DNA of 64,000 nucleotides from an uncultured virus (IMG/VR IMGVR_UViG_3300012347_000249). Lineage: Duplodnaviria; Heunggongvirae; Uroviricota; Caudoviricetes. A model generated the notes under the pieces. The model was not told the DNA's origin. It saw only the letters and a list, made by a program, of their open reading frames with translations, and searched no databases. The stretch lies in IMG/VR virus record IMGVR_UViG_3300012347_000249, one strand, 5' to 3'. Shown here in pieces: positions 54,970-64,000 of the stretch (its first letter is position 1; every line of letters starts with the position of its first letter). The position numbers were made by a program, and so were the translations under genes.

Positions 54970-56942
54970 GCGACATGAAACGTCTACTAGAAAAGATGAC
55001 TCAATTTGCTGGTCAAGCAGTTGGGCAAAAGCCCGGTGATCAAGTTCGCGGCACAGAGAAGGCAACCAAACGTAAAGATAACAAGCATCCGTTTGCCGGT
55101 CGCTTAGTTGGGGCTAGCGAAAGCAAAAGCCTATTAGCTGATTTAGAAAAAGAGCTAGTTGAAGGTGCGGTTAAGCGTAGCCTAGCAGAACAGTTTGCTG
55201 AGTTTAAAGAAACTAAGGTTGCATACGATAAGCAAACTGGGCAAATGGGAGTAGATAACTCAGATCCAGATCAACGCCACGGATTATATATTAACGGTAA
55301 ACTAGTTAAGACTGTAAATGGCGCAGATGCAGCCAACAACTTAAAGAAACGTGATCCACGCTTTAAGGATGCAACTGTTAAGAAGATTGCAGAATCTGAC
55401 GATATGTTTGCAGATCGTCAATCTCAGAAAATCGGGCAAGCTATTATCAAAGCCGGCAAAAGTGTAATAGAAGATGCACCACATATGTGGCCAGACGATA
55501 AAGAAATGATTGAATTTACCATTATCGATGGCAAAGACATGATCAAGATTGGCAAGACATTCATTGAACAAGGTATGTCTGCTGGCGAAGATGCGTTCTG
55601 GGACGTAGACACCGCAGTGCGTGATCAAATGTATGACGCTGTTCTTGATATTGGCATCGACCTAAATGATGTATTGCTTGATGAACAGCAAGATGTGGCA
55701 GAAGGCTCTAATGTAGATTCGCAAATCAAACGAATCAAAGACAGAATCCTACAACTCAAGGATTGGAATACAACTGGCTCACATGACAAGAAAATTAAAG
55801 AACTACAAACAAGACTAAAAGAACTACGGTCACAAAAGCAAAGTGTGGCGGAAGAAATGACGCCGGCTGGCGAATTTCTAAACAAACAAGAACGCTTGAA
55901 AGCTGGCGACAAAGTTTATTACAAAGGCCGTGTAGTTGGTATTGCAACGGGCGACATGGATGACGACCGTGTGGTGTTTAAGCCAGTGCCTGGATATGGA
56001 ACTAACCCCAACTTTGCTAGCTTGCCAATTGATTTAATCAGTTTGAGAGAAAGCAATCAGTTTAGCGACTTAGAAATTGCTATCATGGAAGGCGGCAACT
56101 CTCTAGAAGAGTTAGATGAGACTCGTTTGATCCACAGTGATTCCAAAGTTAACATATTCTACAAGCCAGGACACAATCAAACTAAAGCTCAGATGGTAGC
56201 ACGTATGGTCCCAAACAGCCAGGTTGATCGCATTATTGCATCGTTGGTAAACAAGTTCGGGGTTAAGTCAACAGATTTTGAATGGCATCCTGGCGATCGT
56301 GATCAGTATAAGTTTACCAATGAAGATGCCGAGTCTTTTGGATACAAGAGTTTACATCCAGAAATATTTAAAGCACGTCAACAATTCCCAATGGCCAAGA
56401 GCGATATGGAAGCGTTGTTGATGTATGTGCAATCGCAAGAAGAACAAGACATTGATCGTGTTGACCGTGTAAACGATCGCGAAGATGCAGAGATTGAACA
56501 GCTTGACAAAGAAGAAGATTCATTAGAAAGCCGACTAGAAGCATTAACTGCACAGTTGGAAAAATTAAAGACAAAAGCAAAAACTGTTAAAGAAGAAGTT
56601 CCTGCACCAGTTGCAACCGCAGGTGGTCCAGCTGGAGCCAATCAACCAAAGACTACACCGCCTGGTGCTACTCCAGCAGTTGATCCTGCACAGCAAGCAT
56701 TACTAAAACAAAATCAATCTAAGCTACAACAAAACCTAGCAAACTTAAAGAGTGCTGGCGTACAAATTGATCCTGCAAAGGCTGCTCAGACCCTACAAAA
56801 GACTGATACCGGCGCCCCAATGAACGCAATGGATAAAGATACTATTGCACAAATGGCACCTGCTATTGGTGACGTAATGTCAAATCCACAGACAGCAACT
56901 CAATTAAATACACTAATTAAAAAGGCTGGTGGTGGTGTGTAA
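54966..56942 (+). CDS. Modular putative internal head polyprotein
   Basis: QKPGDQVRG..HPFAGRLVG; IAESDDMF; many x-x-E junctions (VAEG, VAEE, LRES, LDET, VKEE). Confidence 0.8.
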   Translation: MSDMKRLLEKMTQFAGQAVGQKPGDQVRGTEKATKRKDNKHPFAGRLVGASESKSLLADLEKELVEGAVKRSLAEQFAEFKETKVAYDKQTGQMGVDNSDPDQRHGLYINGKLVKTVNGADAANNLKKRDPRFKDATVKKIAESDDMFADRQSQKIGQAIIKAGKSVIEDAPHMWPDDKEMIEFTIIDGKDMIKIGKTFIEQGMSAGEDAFWDVDTAVRDQMYDAVLDIGIDLNDVLLDEQQDVAEGSNVDSQIKRIKDRILQLKDWNTTGSHDKKIKELQTRLKELRSQKQSVAEEMTPAGEFLNKQERLKAGDKVYYKGRVVGIATGDMDDDRVVFKPVPGYGTNPNFASLPIDLISLRESNQFSDLEIAIMEGGNSLEELDETRLIHSDSKVNIFYKPGHNQTKAQMVARMVPNSQVDRIIASLVNKFGVKSTDFEWHPGDRDQYKFTNEDAESFGYKSLHPEIFKARQQFPMAKSDMEALLMYVQSQEEQDIDRVDRVNDREDAEIEQLDKEEDSLESRLEALTAQLEKLKTKAKTVKEEVPAPVATAGGPAGANQPKTTPPGATPAVDPAQQALLKQNQSKLQQNLANLKSAGVQIDPAKAAQTLQKTDTGAPMNAMDKDTIAQMAPAIGDVMSNPQTATQLNTLIKKAGGGV

Positions 56943-58816
56943 TGCGTATACATGATATTTTTGAGAACAGTGGTGATGACTTATTTTCTACGCCACGTAA
57001 CGAGCTAGGCAAATATATTCGTGCCGGACAGTGGGCAAGTGCTGCTATTCAATGTTTAAAATCTGGTTATCGAAACGCTCAGGTTGAGCAGAATATCATT
57101 CCTGGTATTACTCGCAGCAGCCGATCCGGTAGTGTTGCAGGTGGGGCAATTTGGTATGATGTTAGAGATTGGTATCAAAAGTTTATTGCACCAAACGACT
57201 GGCCTGAATTGTTACAGTACGTATCTAGTCTAAAGGCCAAAGGTCCACTTAATTCTGCATTAAGACACTTGGTGAATTTTTATGCAGATGATAACCCACA
57301 ACGTACCAATGAGGTATATCAACTAATAGTTGACAAAAAAGCCGTTGATGCATTGGTTTACTTCTTAACTTGGCCGGGCAACGAAAATATGAAACGTGTT
57401 CCGGAATTGGAACCATATATTATGACTAGCCCGCGTGCCGCTATGTATTATGCAGACAGTGTGTTAGATTCACGTTGGCCCGATGCTGAGCCATATATTG
57501 CCACAGACAAAGTGTCGTGGAGCATGTATTCTGCTAGATTATTAAACACCGACAACATGACCAAAGCAGGCCGTGCTACTAGAGATGCAGCACAGCAAGA
57601 AGCATTAAGAAGATTACCAGCAGGACACAAGAAACGTATCGCAGAAGATGAAATGTTTGCCACAAGCAATCGCAGCAAAGTATATCCTGCAATTAAATCT
57701 GTGTTAGATGGGTTTTACGACCATTATCAAGCTCTATACAATCAAGCAGATCCAGAAGCCAGCGAAGAATGGTATATTCAACTTGGCGAATATCTAAGTG
57801 ACTACGACTATCTGCGTAGCGAATTAGCACGAGGCGGCATCCCTGGATTTTTAAATGGCTTAGACATGATGTCACAAGAAATCATAAATGCTATTGACAG
57901 CGAACTAGCAATCAAGCATCGGGTATTCTTGAATCAAATTGAAGATCAGAATGCTCCACTAGACGAAGACACTGACGAATACGATGATGATATGTTTGGC
58001 TCAAGGACTACTGGTCACCCTACATATCTACTGAAAGCTAAACAAGCTCGAGAAAAATACATCCAGCACGAAAATCAATTTGAGAAAGAATTGCGTAAAC
58101 TAGGCCAACGTTTACCACAGTCGTGGGATGGAAGCAAAATGTTTAAGAAATTATCCAGTGACCCAAAGTACGCTGCGGCACTAAAACATTATGCAGCCAG
58201 TGAAAAATATGCAGGTCTAGCACAAAAATACGAAGACTTAGCACAACGTAAAGCGGTTAAGGAAGAAGACGATATGTTTTCTGATAACCGTGTAGTGATC
58301 AACCCACGCACTTTATCTAATATTACTCATCAATTATCTCGTAGATACCACAAATATGCCGGAACTAGTGCCGAACAAGACACTGCTGATCTATATCATT
58401 CGGAGGCATATGTGCTAGAACGTGCATCGGATGCATTTCTAAATGGACTACGTGCAGGCATTAAAGAACTAGAAGACTTAGAAGATTCAACAACATGGGA
58501 AGACCTAGATGAACTTGCTGCCGACTTCAATATTAACTTATCTGCACTAATGGACAAATACGATGCAGGTGAATTACACGAGTCTGAAGACGATGACATG
58601 TTTGCGCCAAGCAACAAACCCAACCTACAAAAGATTAGCACAGATCAACTAAGAATGCTGCACTCATTGTCTAAGACTGATTCCCGTCAAGAGTATGCAT
58701 CTGCACATAAACTACAAATAGCAAGAATTGAGGCGGAAATGGCCCGTAGAGGTTTGCCAATGCGAACTCTCGACGAAGACATCAACATACCACTCGGTTC
58801 CCATAAAGGTAAGTAA
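56942..58816 (+). CDS. Modular putative internal head polyprotein
   Basis: MRIHDIFE; five DDMF-type linkers; EPYIM..P..A..YA...L..RWP.AEPYI repeat. Confidence 0.8.
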   Translation: MRIHDIFENSGDDLFSTPRNELGKYIRAGQWASAAIQCLKSGYRNAQVEQNIIPGITRSSRSGSVAGGAIWYDVRDWYQKFIAPNDWPELLQYVSSLKAKGPLNSALRHLVNFYADDNPQRTNEVYQLIVDKKAVDALVYFLTWPGNENMKRVPELEPYIMTSPRAAMYYADSVLDSRWPDAEPYIATDKVSWSMYSARLLNTDNMTKAGRATRDAAQQEALRRLPAGHKKRIAEDEMFATSNRSKVYPAIKSVLDGFYDHYQALYNQADPEASEEWYIQLGEYLSDYDYLRSELARGGIPGFLNGLDMMSQEIINAIDSELAIKHRVFLNQIEDQNAPLDEDTDEYDDDMFGSRTTGHPTYLLKAKQAREKYIQHENQFEKELRKLGQRLPQSWDGSKMFKKLSSDPKYAAALKHYAASEKYAGLAQKYEDLAQRKAVKEEDDMFSDNRVVINPRTLSNITHQLSRRYHKYAGTSAEQDTADLYHSEAYVLERASDAFLNGLRAGIKELEDLEDSTTWEDLDELAADFNINLSALMDKYDAGELHESEDDDMFAPSNKPNLQKISTDQLRMLHSLSKTDSRQEYASAHKLQIARIEAEMARRGLPMRTLDEDINIPLGSHKGK

Positions 58817-58819
58817 TAT

Positions 58820-60418
58820 ATGTTTATTAATGAATTATTTGAAAATGACGACATGTTCGCTGCCAAGCGTCCCGGAAAATACTATGACTCCGATCGTCAA
58901 CCACGTGAGTACCGAGTCTTTTGGGATCAGCTAATCCCTGATTCAGGAAAAGCAGAAACCGTCGAAGGTGAAATGCTACGTGCAGTTTCTAAAATACAAC
59001 ACGACTTCTATAACAACGGATTTGGTAACAACTGGAGCGGGGCACTTGCTTACCTACAGCAATATTTGCCATCATTTGGTGTTAATATTCCTCATACCTT
59101 ATGGAACACTATTAGTCCGTATGCCACAGGAAGAACACATCCTAATAACCAAAAAATAGAAAACAATATCGGCCTAGCACTTGACCAAATCACAGACGGT
59201 GTTATGGCTGCAATACGAAATAGTGATGGCAACTATCATCCTAATCGAGCAGATATGTATGACATGTCTAGTCCAACTCAATGGAGTGACGACGAAGATG
59301 ATTACGACGAAGATGAAGACGATTATGAGGATGATGTTTACGAAAACGCAGACGAAATGTTTTCAACTAGTCGGCCTCGTGTGGCTGCAAACCAGAGAGA
59401 AGAATTGCAGCGAAGAATCATTAATGCTTATAATAGGGTTAATAAAAATCATCTAGATTACGGGGTTAGACAACTCGATGATAGCGAAGAATACCGAATC
59501 CTGAAAATTATCTATGCAGACAATCCCGATCCGTTGCAGGCGGCTCTAGAAAGAGCCAAAGAGTCAGACTTAGACGTTTTGGCTAACGATTTCGAAAAGA
59601 TAGCCGACGAGCTTGATAGAGATCTACTCGAAGCATCGTTTCAGTTTGACTTAGACGACGAACCAGAGCCTCCTAAGAAAACCCAAACTAAGGATAAGCC
59701 AAAGTTTAATCACGATCCGTTCCAACAGCAACAGGATCGCCCTTTAGCCAATCGCCAAGCAGAGCCGCAGGGCAGTGCAGCCCAACCGGCTGCTCCTAGA
59801 ATGCGCCAAGCAACAGCAGCAAACACCCGTAGAGCCGCAGGAAATGTGGAACCTACGGATCAAATGCGTGATATGTTGGGTCGCATGCGAGACATTGAAA
59901 TTGATCCAGACTTGGCAGACTACCCTGCCGACGAGCCTACTTTAGATATTAGTACAGAAGTTAACACTGAAAACTTGCCAGCAGTGGCAGGACAAGCAAT
60001 TGCCGCAGCAGGCGAATCTAGCCCAGAGTTCCACCAAGTTGCACGTTTACCGGGCAACATGAGTCGCATGATTCGTCAACTTGGCAAAGCATTGTTTGGC
60101 AGCATGACCAATACACCAACAGAAGACATCTACATGATTGGTAACTTAGGTGGGCAAGGTCCAAACACACGCATGGAAGTGAATGCAGTTGCTAACTTTG
60201 TTCGTGAGAACGGCAACGACATGGGCCCAGGAGATATTGATTTTGATGCAGTAATGCCAGGTTACTCTGCACAGACACATCAGTACGAAGCAGCAGGCAT
60301 TCGTTGGTTGCTGGTCAAAGACTTTGCAGGTGAATACATTTATGCATGGCCAGAGGCAGATAGCAAGAACACTGGTAATACTGCACAACTAAGCAACGAG
60401 CCAAAGAGAATCAAATGA
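58820..60418 (+). CDS. Modular putative internal head polyprotein
   Basis: MFINELFENDDMF; LIPDSGKAETVEGEMLRA..FYNNG module; acidic tract; VYENADEMF. Confidence 0.8.
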   Translation: MFINELFENDDMFAAKRPGKYYDSDRQPREYRVFWDQLIPDSGKAETVEGEMLRAVSKIQHDFYNNGFGNNWSGALAYLQQYLPSFGVNIPHTLWNTISPYATGRTHPNNQKIENNIGLALDQITDGVMAAIRNSDGNYHPNRADMYDMSSPTQWSDDEDDYDEDEDDYEDDVYENADEMFSTSRPRVAANQREELQRRIINAYNRVNKNHLDYGVRQLDDSEEYRILKIIYADNPDPLQAALERAKESDLDVLANDFEKIADELDRDLLEASFQFDLDDEPEPPKKTQTKDKPKFNHDPFQQQQDRPLANRQAEPQGSAAQPAAPRMRQATAANTRRAAGNVEPTDQMRDMLGRMRDIEIDPDLADYPADEPTLDISTEVNTENLPAVAGQAIAAAGESSPEFHQVARLPGNMSRMIRQLGKALFGSMTNTPTEDIYMIGNLGGQGPNTRMEVNAVANFVRENGNDMGPGDIDFDAVMPGYSAQTHQYEAAGIRWLLVKDFAGEYIYAWPEADSKNTGNTAQLSNEPKRIK

Positions 60419-61125
60419 GAGCTAGTGAGTTCATACCCGAAGACATAAATCCTGACGTTTACCATCAGGATTTTTCTCATGAACTTGAGATAGACGGTAT
60501 TGTATACCGAGCTAAAACACTAAAGAACGACCAACAGTTTGTTGTTAGGGCATATGCCGGCAAACAATGCATTGGATTTGCAAAGTTTCGCCTCCCACGA
60601 CATGAGGGGCTATCATTATCCAGTGACTGGACTAAGGTTGCAAAGTCATATAGAAACAAAGGCATTGCATCTAACATGTATGCGTATGCACGTATGCTAG
60701 GTAATACCATTAACCCATCTAGTTATCAACTTGACCCAGGTAGACGTATGTGGGACAAATGGCGCGAAAAAGGTGATGCTAAACACCTAAGTGAAACAGA
60801 TGACGACATGTTTGCCCCGACTAAGGGCATACGAATTGCAGATGCACTGATACGTATTGCAATCAGCGAACTTAGAGAACTAAGACACAACTTAGAAGTA
60901 GCTACAGATCCTGTTGAAAAAGACTGGACTCGTGATCAAATTACAGATATTCCACAGTTAATTGAGCTAGCTAACACCTTTAGAACAGAACCATTGTCAG
61001 TAGCACTAGATGCCGCAGAATCATTATCATTTGTATTGTCAATTGATTTTATTGACCTGCTACTGCACCACGACAACATCGACCTACGTGAGCTATTCAC
61101 TGGGTGGGAACCAGAAGACAACTAA
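60415..61125 (+). CDS. GNAT acetyltransferase-like domain plus DDMF module
   Basis: MRASEFIPE; VAKSYRNKGIASNMY (acetyl-CoA motif A); LSETDDDMFAP. Confidence 0.75.
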   Translation: MRASEFIPEDINPDVYHQDFSHELEIDGIVYRAKTLKNDQQFVVRAYAGKQCIGFAKFRLPRHEGLSLSSDWTKVAKSYRNKGIASNMYAYARMLGNTINPSSYQLDPGRRMWDKWREKGDAKHLSETDDDMFAPTKGIRIADALIRIAISELRELRHNLEVATDPVEKDWTRDQITDIPQLIELANTFRTEPLSVALDAAESLSFVLSIDFIDLLLHHDNIDLRELFTGWEPEDN

Positions 61126-61132
61126 ATAGATC

Positions 61133-62527
61133 ATGCGAGCAAAAGAATTTTTACTGTTAGAATACCGCAGAGATGTAACTGCACAAAAGATGGGCGACCG
61201 TCTTATTACATCGTTCCACGCTAAAGAGAACGGCCATTCCCTGCCTGACAATTTGTATGGCGCATGGACAGTAGTAGATATGGTTATTCGCCCAAAGTTT
61301 CACTTTGAAGATACAATCGTAATGAATGTGTTGGGACAGAAGACCACCATCAACAAAGCAACTGCTCCGGAAATACTACAAAAAATAAAACCAGCACTAA
61401 TTGATGCTATCCTAGCAGCATTGGAACAAGGCGATCCAACAGCACACAAAGAATACACCCAATGGATTGCTGCCCGTTACATTACTGGCGACACAAAGCT
61501 AGAGGATGTTAGCAGTACCTTAAGAGAATATCTTCATAAGTTTGTTATTCTAAAGCGTAAGAAGATTCTAAAGCCGCCAGCAAACGATATCAACAAGTAC
61601 AACAGCTTTGGTAACTTCATGGACAACATGGACGAGTATGCATTGCCCGAAGATGAAGTTGCTGATAAGGGCAAAGTTACTGAAATGTACAAGGATGCGG
61701 AAGTTCGCATTGTTGTACCAGAAGATGAACCAGCAGCTTGCTACTATGGACGTGGCACACGTTGGTGTACAGCCGCAACACAGGGCACCAACTACTTTAA
61801 TCACTACAGCCGTCAAGGTCCGTTGTATATCCTGATCCCAACAAAGGCCATGTACGAAGGCGAAAAGTACCAGTTACATTTCCCTAGCGAACAGTTTATG
61901 GACGAACAGGACGAATCTGTTTCATTGGAATACGTTATCAATGAACGATTTCATTTATTAGACTTCTTTAAACAGCAAGAGCCCGAACTCAAAGACTATG
62001 TTGCATACACTGATGAAGAGCAGTTAGCGCCATTGCTGGCAAAGATCAAAGAAGTTGCAATGGACTGGCTGTGGGACGAAGTAATGAATTGGGAACAACA
62101 AGATGATTACTATACTCAGTGGCAAGCAGAGCAGGCCCGTGAACGTGGATGGGAAGACGAAAATGGTGAGGTCGACTGGGATCGTGTACGCGAAGACGAT
62201 CACCTAAACAACTACCTAGAATACAACGACGAAGTTAGAACTTGGGTCAAAGAAGTAGAAACTGCATTAGACTACAGCCCAAAAATGGTTAAAGATTTTG
62301 CATCTGCACCTAGAGATGGACTAGACGATCAAACATACAAGATGGAAGAGCTTGACGCTTTGCTTGCACGAATAGTAAACTACGAAACTGGTAAAGCTGG
62401 TAGTCGGGAATTTGATCACATTGCCAGTGCAATTGTAGAACGCATTGGTGTACGTAAAGACAGCAATAGAATCAGCAACAATGACCCAGTCTGGACAGTG
62501 TACGTATCAGGATGGCCCAGACACTAA
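61133..62527 (+). CDS. Putative internal head protein (PcfJ-like WCTA domain)
   Basis: TAAATA at 61123; MRAKEFLLLEY; DPT.HKEY.QWI; YYGRGTRWCTAA...GPLYI...KYQLHF..QFMD. Confidence 0.8.
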   Translation: MRAKEFLLLEYRRDVTAQKMGDRLITSFHAKENGHSLPDNLYGAWTVVDMVIRPKFHFEDTIVMNVLGQKTTINKATAPEILQKIKPALIDAILAALEQGDPTAHKEYTQWIAARYITGDTKLEDVSSTLREYLHKFVILKRKKILKPPANDINKYNSFGNFMDNMDEYALPEDEVADKGKVTEMYKDAEVRIVVPEDEPAACYYGRGTRWCTAATQGTNYFNHYSRQGPLYILIPTKAMYEGEKYQLHFPSEQFMDEQDESVSLEYVINERFHLLDFFKQQEPELKDYVAYTDEEQLAPLLAKIKEVAMDWLWDEVMNWEQQDDYYTQWQAEQARERGWEDENGEVDWDRVREDDHLNNYLEYNDEVRTWVKEVETALDYSPKMVKDFASAPRDGLDDQTYKMEELDALLARIVNYETGKAGSREFDHIASAIVERIGVRKDSNRISNNDPVWTVYVSGWPRH

Positions 62528-62557
62528 CTCGTATAAATACTCATAAGAGGATTAGAC

Positions 62558-64000
62558 ATGAGATTTAACGACATTTTATTAGAATATAACCGCGATCAAA
62601 CAGTTAAGAACTACGGTAACAAAGTATTAGCAGTTGCACTAAAAGATCGTTCAGTTATAAACGCACTTATTGGGCGATTCCCAAATGGTGCAATTAAAGC
62701 TGGTGCAGATACCCCAGAAGGGCAACAGTTAATTCTAGACTACGTTATGGGGGTTATTGAGCAATCAGACCCAACAAAGAACAAAAACTACGCACAAGCT
62801 ATTACTAGAATGTACACCTTGGGTGGCACAATGCTAGAAGATATTGAGTCTACACTAAGTCAGTATCTAATCAAATTTGACAAGCTAAAAAACAAAAAGA
62901 AGATTCCTGCTCCGCAAAACGACTTTATGCGTTACAAGAGCTTAGATGAGTTCATGAGCGTAGTTGAGCAACTACCTGATCCAGACAGCGAAATTGAGCA
63001 ACAAAAAATCGGTGCTGTGCAATTACCACCCGAACGCGACTGGCGTTACGTTTACGGAAGAATGGATGAGCAAGGTCGTATTACAACTGACTGCTTGATC
63101 ATTCAACCATTGACTAAATTTGGCGGTTACTGGTGGGCAAAAGAATACCCAAAGAAGGGTGTTACTAACCGTTGGTGTACAGCGTGGGAAGGCGATAACA
63201 GTCGCTTTGATTACTATGCCAAGCAAGGCCCACTATTCATTATTATTCCTGCACAACGCACAGACGATAACGAAAAGTATCAATTCCATTTCGAAACTAA
63301 ACAGTTCATGGACTTCCAAGATCACCAAATTGGTGACGAAGGTATGGACCAATTGGCTAAACGTTTCCCTGCACTACAACAGGTATTTAGACGTCAGGCA
63401 ATCCAGTACAACTTACTTGGACTAATGACAGATGACTACAAAGCCGCAGTTCGCAGCCACTCTAAAGTTGCGTCTAAAGAGCTAGACTCTCTAATTGAGC
63501 AATACAAAGAACGTATTGCTGGGTTTGGATTCAGCAGCCTAGGTGACTACGGTATCACTATCCCTGAAGACACTCAACGTGAATTAATGCCACTAATTGA
63601 AAACTACCTTGAGCAGTGTAGAGCTACGTTAGTTAGCAAGGACGGATTCTGGCGCCAGGTAGTGAATAAACTAGGCACAGAGCGAAACGAAGACAAACTA
63701 GAAGTTATCTTAAACACAGACTCATCACTAAAAGCATTAGTTGAGCAAAGTGAAGCAGGAAAAGCAGTTGCAGAAATAGCATCCTTGCCAAACATCAAAC
63801 AGCGTATTGATGCAAGTCACTTGCAAGATTTATTATTGCGTGACCCATTGTTCCGTTTTACCATGCGCCAAGTTCCTAAGTTGTACAAATCCTTCTTAGA
63901 TGAATTGAGTAGCACACAAGTTAACGAAGCATATAGCATGGATGACTTGCGTAAAGATGCAGCAGCCGGAGTAAAAGCGTCAATTGATAAACAAAGTGAT
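62558..64000 (+). CDS. Paralog of 61133-62527, 3'-truncated by window edge (not in ORF track)
   Basis: TATAAATA at 62532, GAGGA RBS; MRFNDILLEY; DPTKNKNY; NRWCTAW...GPLFI...KYQFHF..QFMD; open to the window end. Confidence 0.85.
   Translation, partial: MRFNDILLEYNRDQTVKNYGNKVLAVALKDRSVINALIGRFPNGAIKAGADTPEGQQLILDYVMGVIEQSDPTKNKNYAQAITRMYTLGGTMLEDIESTLSQYLIKFDKLKNKKKIPAPQNDFMRYKSLDEFMSVVEQLPDPDSEIEQQKIGAVQLPPERDWRYVYGRMDEQGRITTDCLIIQPLTKFGGYWWAKEYPKKGVTNRWCTAWEGDNSRFDYYAKQGPLFIIIPAQRTDDNEKYQFHFETKQFMDFQDHQIGDEGMDQLAKRFPALQQVFRRQAIQYNLLGLMTDDYKAAVRSHSKVASKELDSLIEQYKERIAGFGFSSLGDYGITIPEDTQRELMPLIENYLEQCRATLVSKDGFWRQVVNKLGTERNEDKLEVILNTDSSLKALVEQSEAGKAVAEIASLPNIKQRIDASHLQDLLLRDPLFRFTMRQVPKLYKSFLDELSSTQVNEAYSMDDLRKDAAAGVKASIDKQSD

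Larger units (their letters stand above)
50413..60820 (+). repeat. Dispersed protein-level repeat (I/L/V/F)-x-E|acidic-(D/E)-M-F-(A/S/T/G), about 19 copies
   Basis: For example LYEEDDDMFAP, LDEEDDMFAD, LKEEDDMFAP, IKESDDDMFTT, IAESDDMFAD, VKEEDDMFSD, LFENDDMFAA, LSETDDDMFAP. Confidence 0.9.

Noticed and set aside
59286..59345. GAY/GAA-rich low-complexity repeat
   Set aside because: It simply encodes an acidic linker (DDEDDYDEDEDDYEDD)
50413..60820. DDMF methionines as internal translation starts
   Set aside because: Not excluded, since GAAGAAGA/GAGGA purine runs precede some ATGs. However, several copies have Ile, Leu, Ala or no residue in place of Met while keeping x-x-E and the Phe, which favours a protein-level motif
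1..64000. Stop-codon reassignment
   Set aside because: Conserved genes (clpA, phoH, clamp loader, GH19) are intact in code 11, and the short ORFs are complete coupled paralogs

Overview
A 64-kb segment of a large T4-like/jumbo myophage genome with densely packed + strand genes, the standard genetic code, T4-type TAAATA late promoters and sigma70-like early promoters. The host is Gram-negative (spanins), possibly Betaproteobacteria (Bug/TctC gene). Layout: (1) 1-7 kb, a tandem array of 23 or more small paralogous ORFs ending in F-x-x-E-x-D-A-x-x-F-x-L-(K/R)-W; (2) IF-1, three virion/tail proteins, MazG, a stand-alone DnaE fragment, GroES, a clamp loader and an inverted GIY-YIG homing endonuclease; (3) a ~450-nt structured non-coding region at 21.7-22.2 kb; (4) 22-36 kb, small early genes including a GGQ release-factor domain, an L7/L12-like domain, a ferritin-like protein, a YafQ-like toxin and a dispersed MNERI...HFGVEE family; (5) HAD phosphatase, PP-loop protein, Bug/TctC, PhoH, a GH19/spanin/holin lysis cassette, DnaJ, ClpA and a glycosyltransferase; (6) 49.7-64 kb, a late cluster of modular putative internal head proteins. 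The most striking signal is in (6): about 19 copies of an (I/L/V/F)-x-E|acidic-(D/E)-M-F linker divide seven proteins into ~60-150 aa modules. This suggests polyprotein cargo that is packaged in the capsid and cut by the prohead protease. All product calls come from motif recognition by eye, with no database searches.
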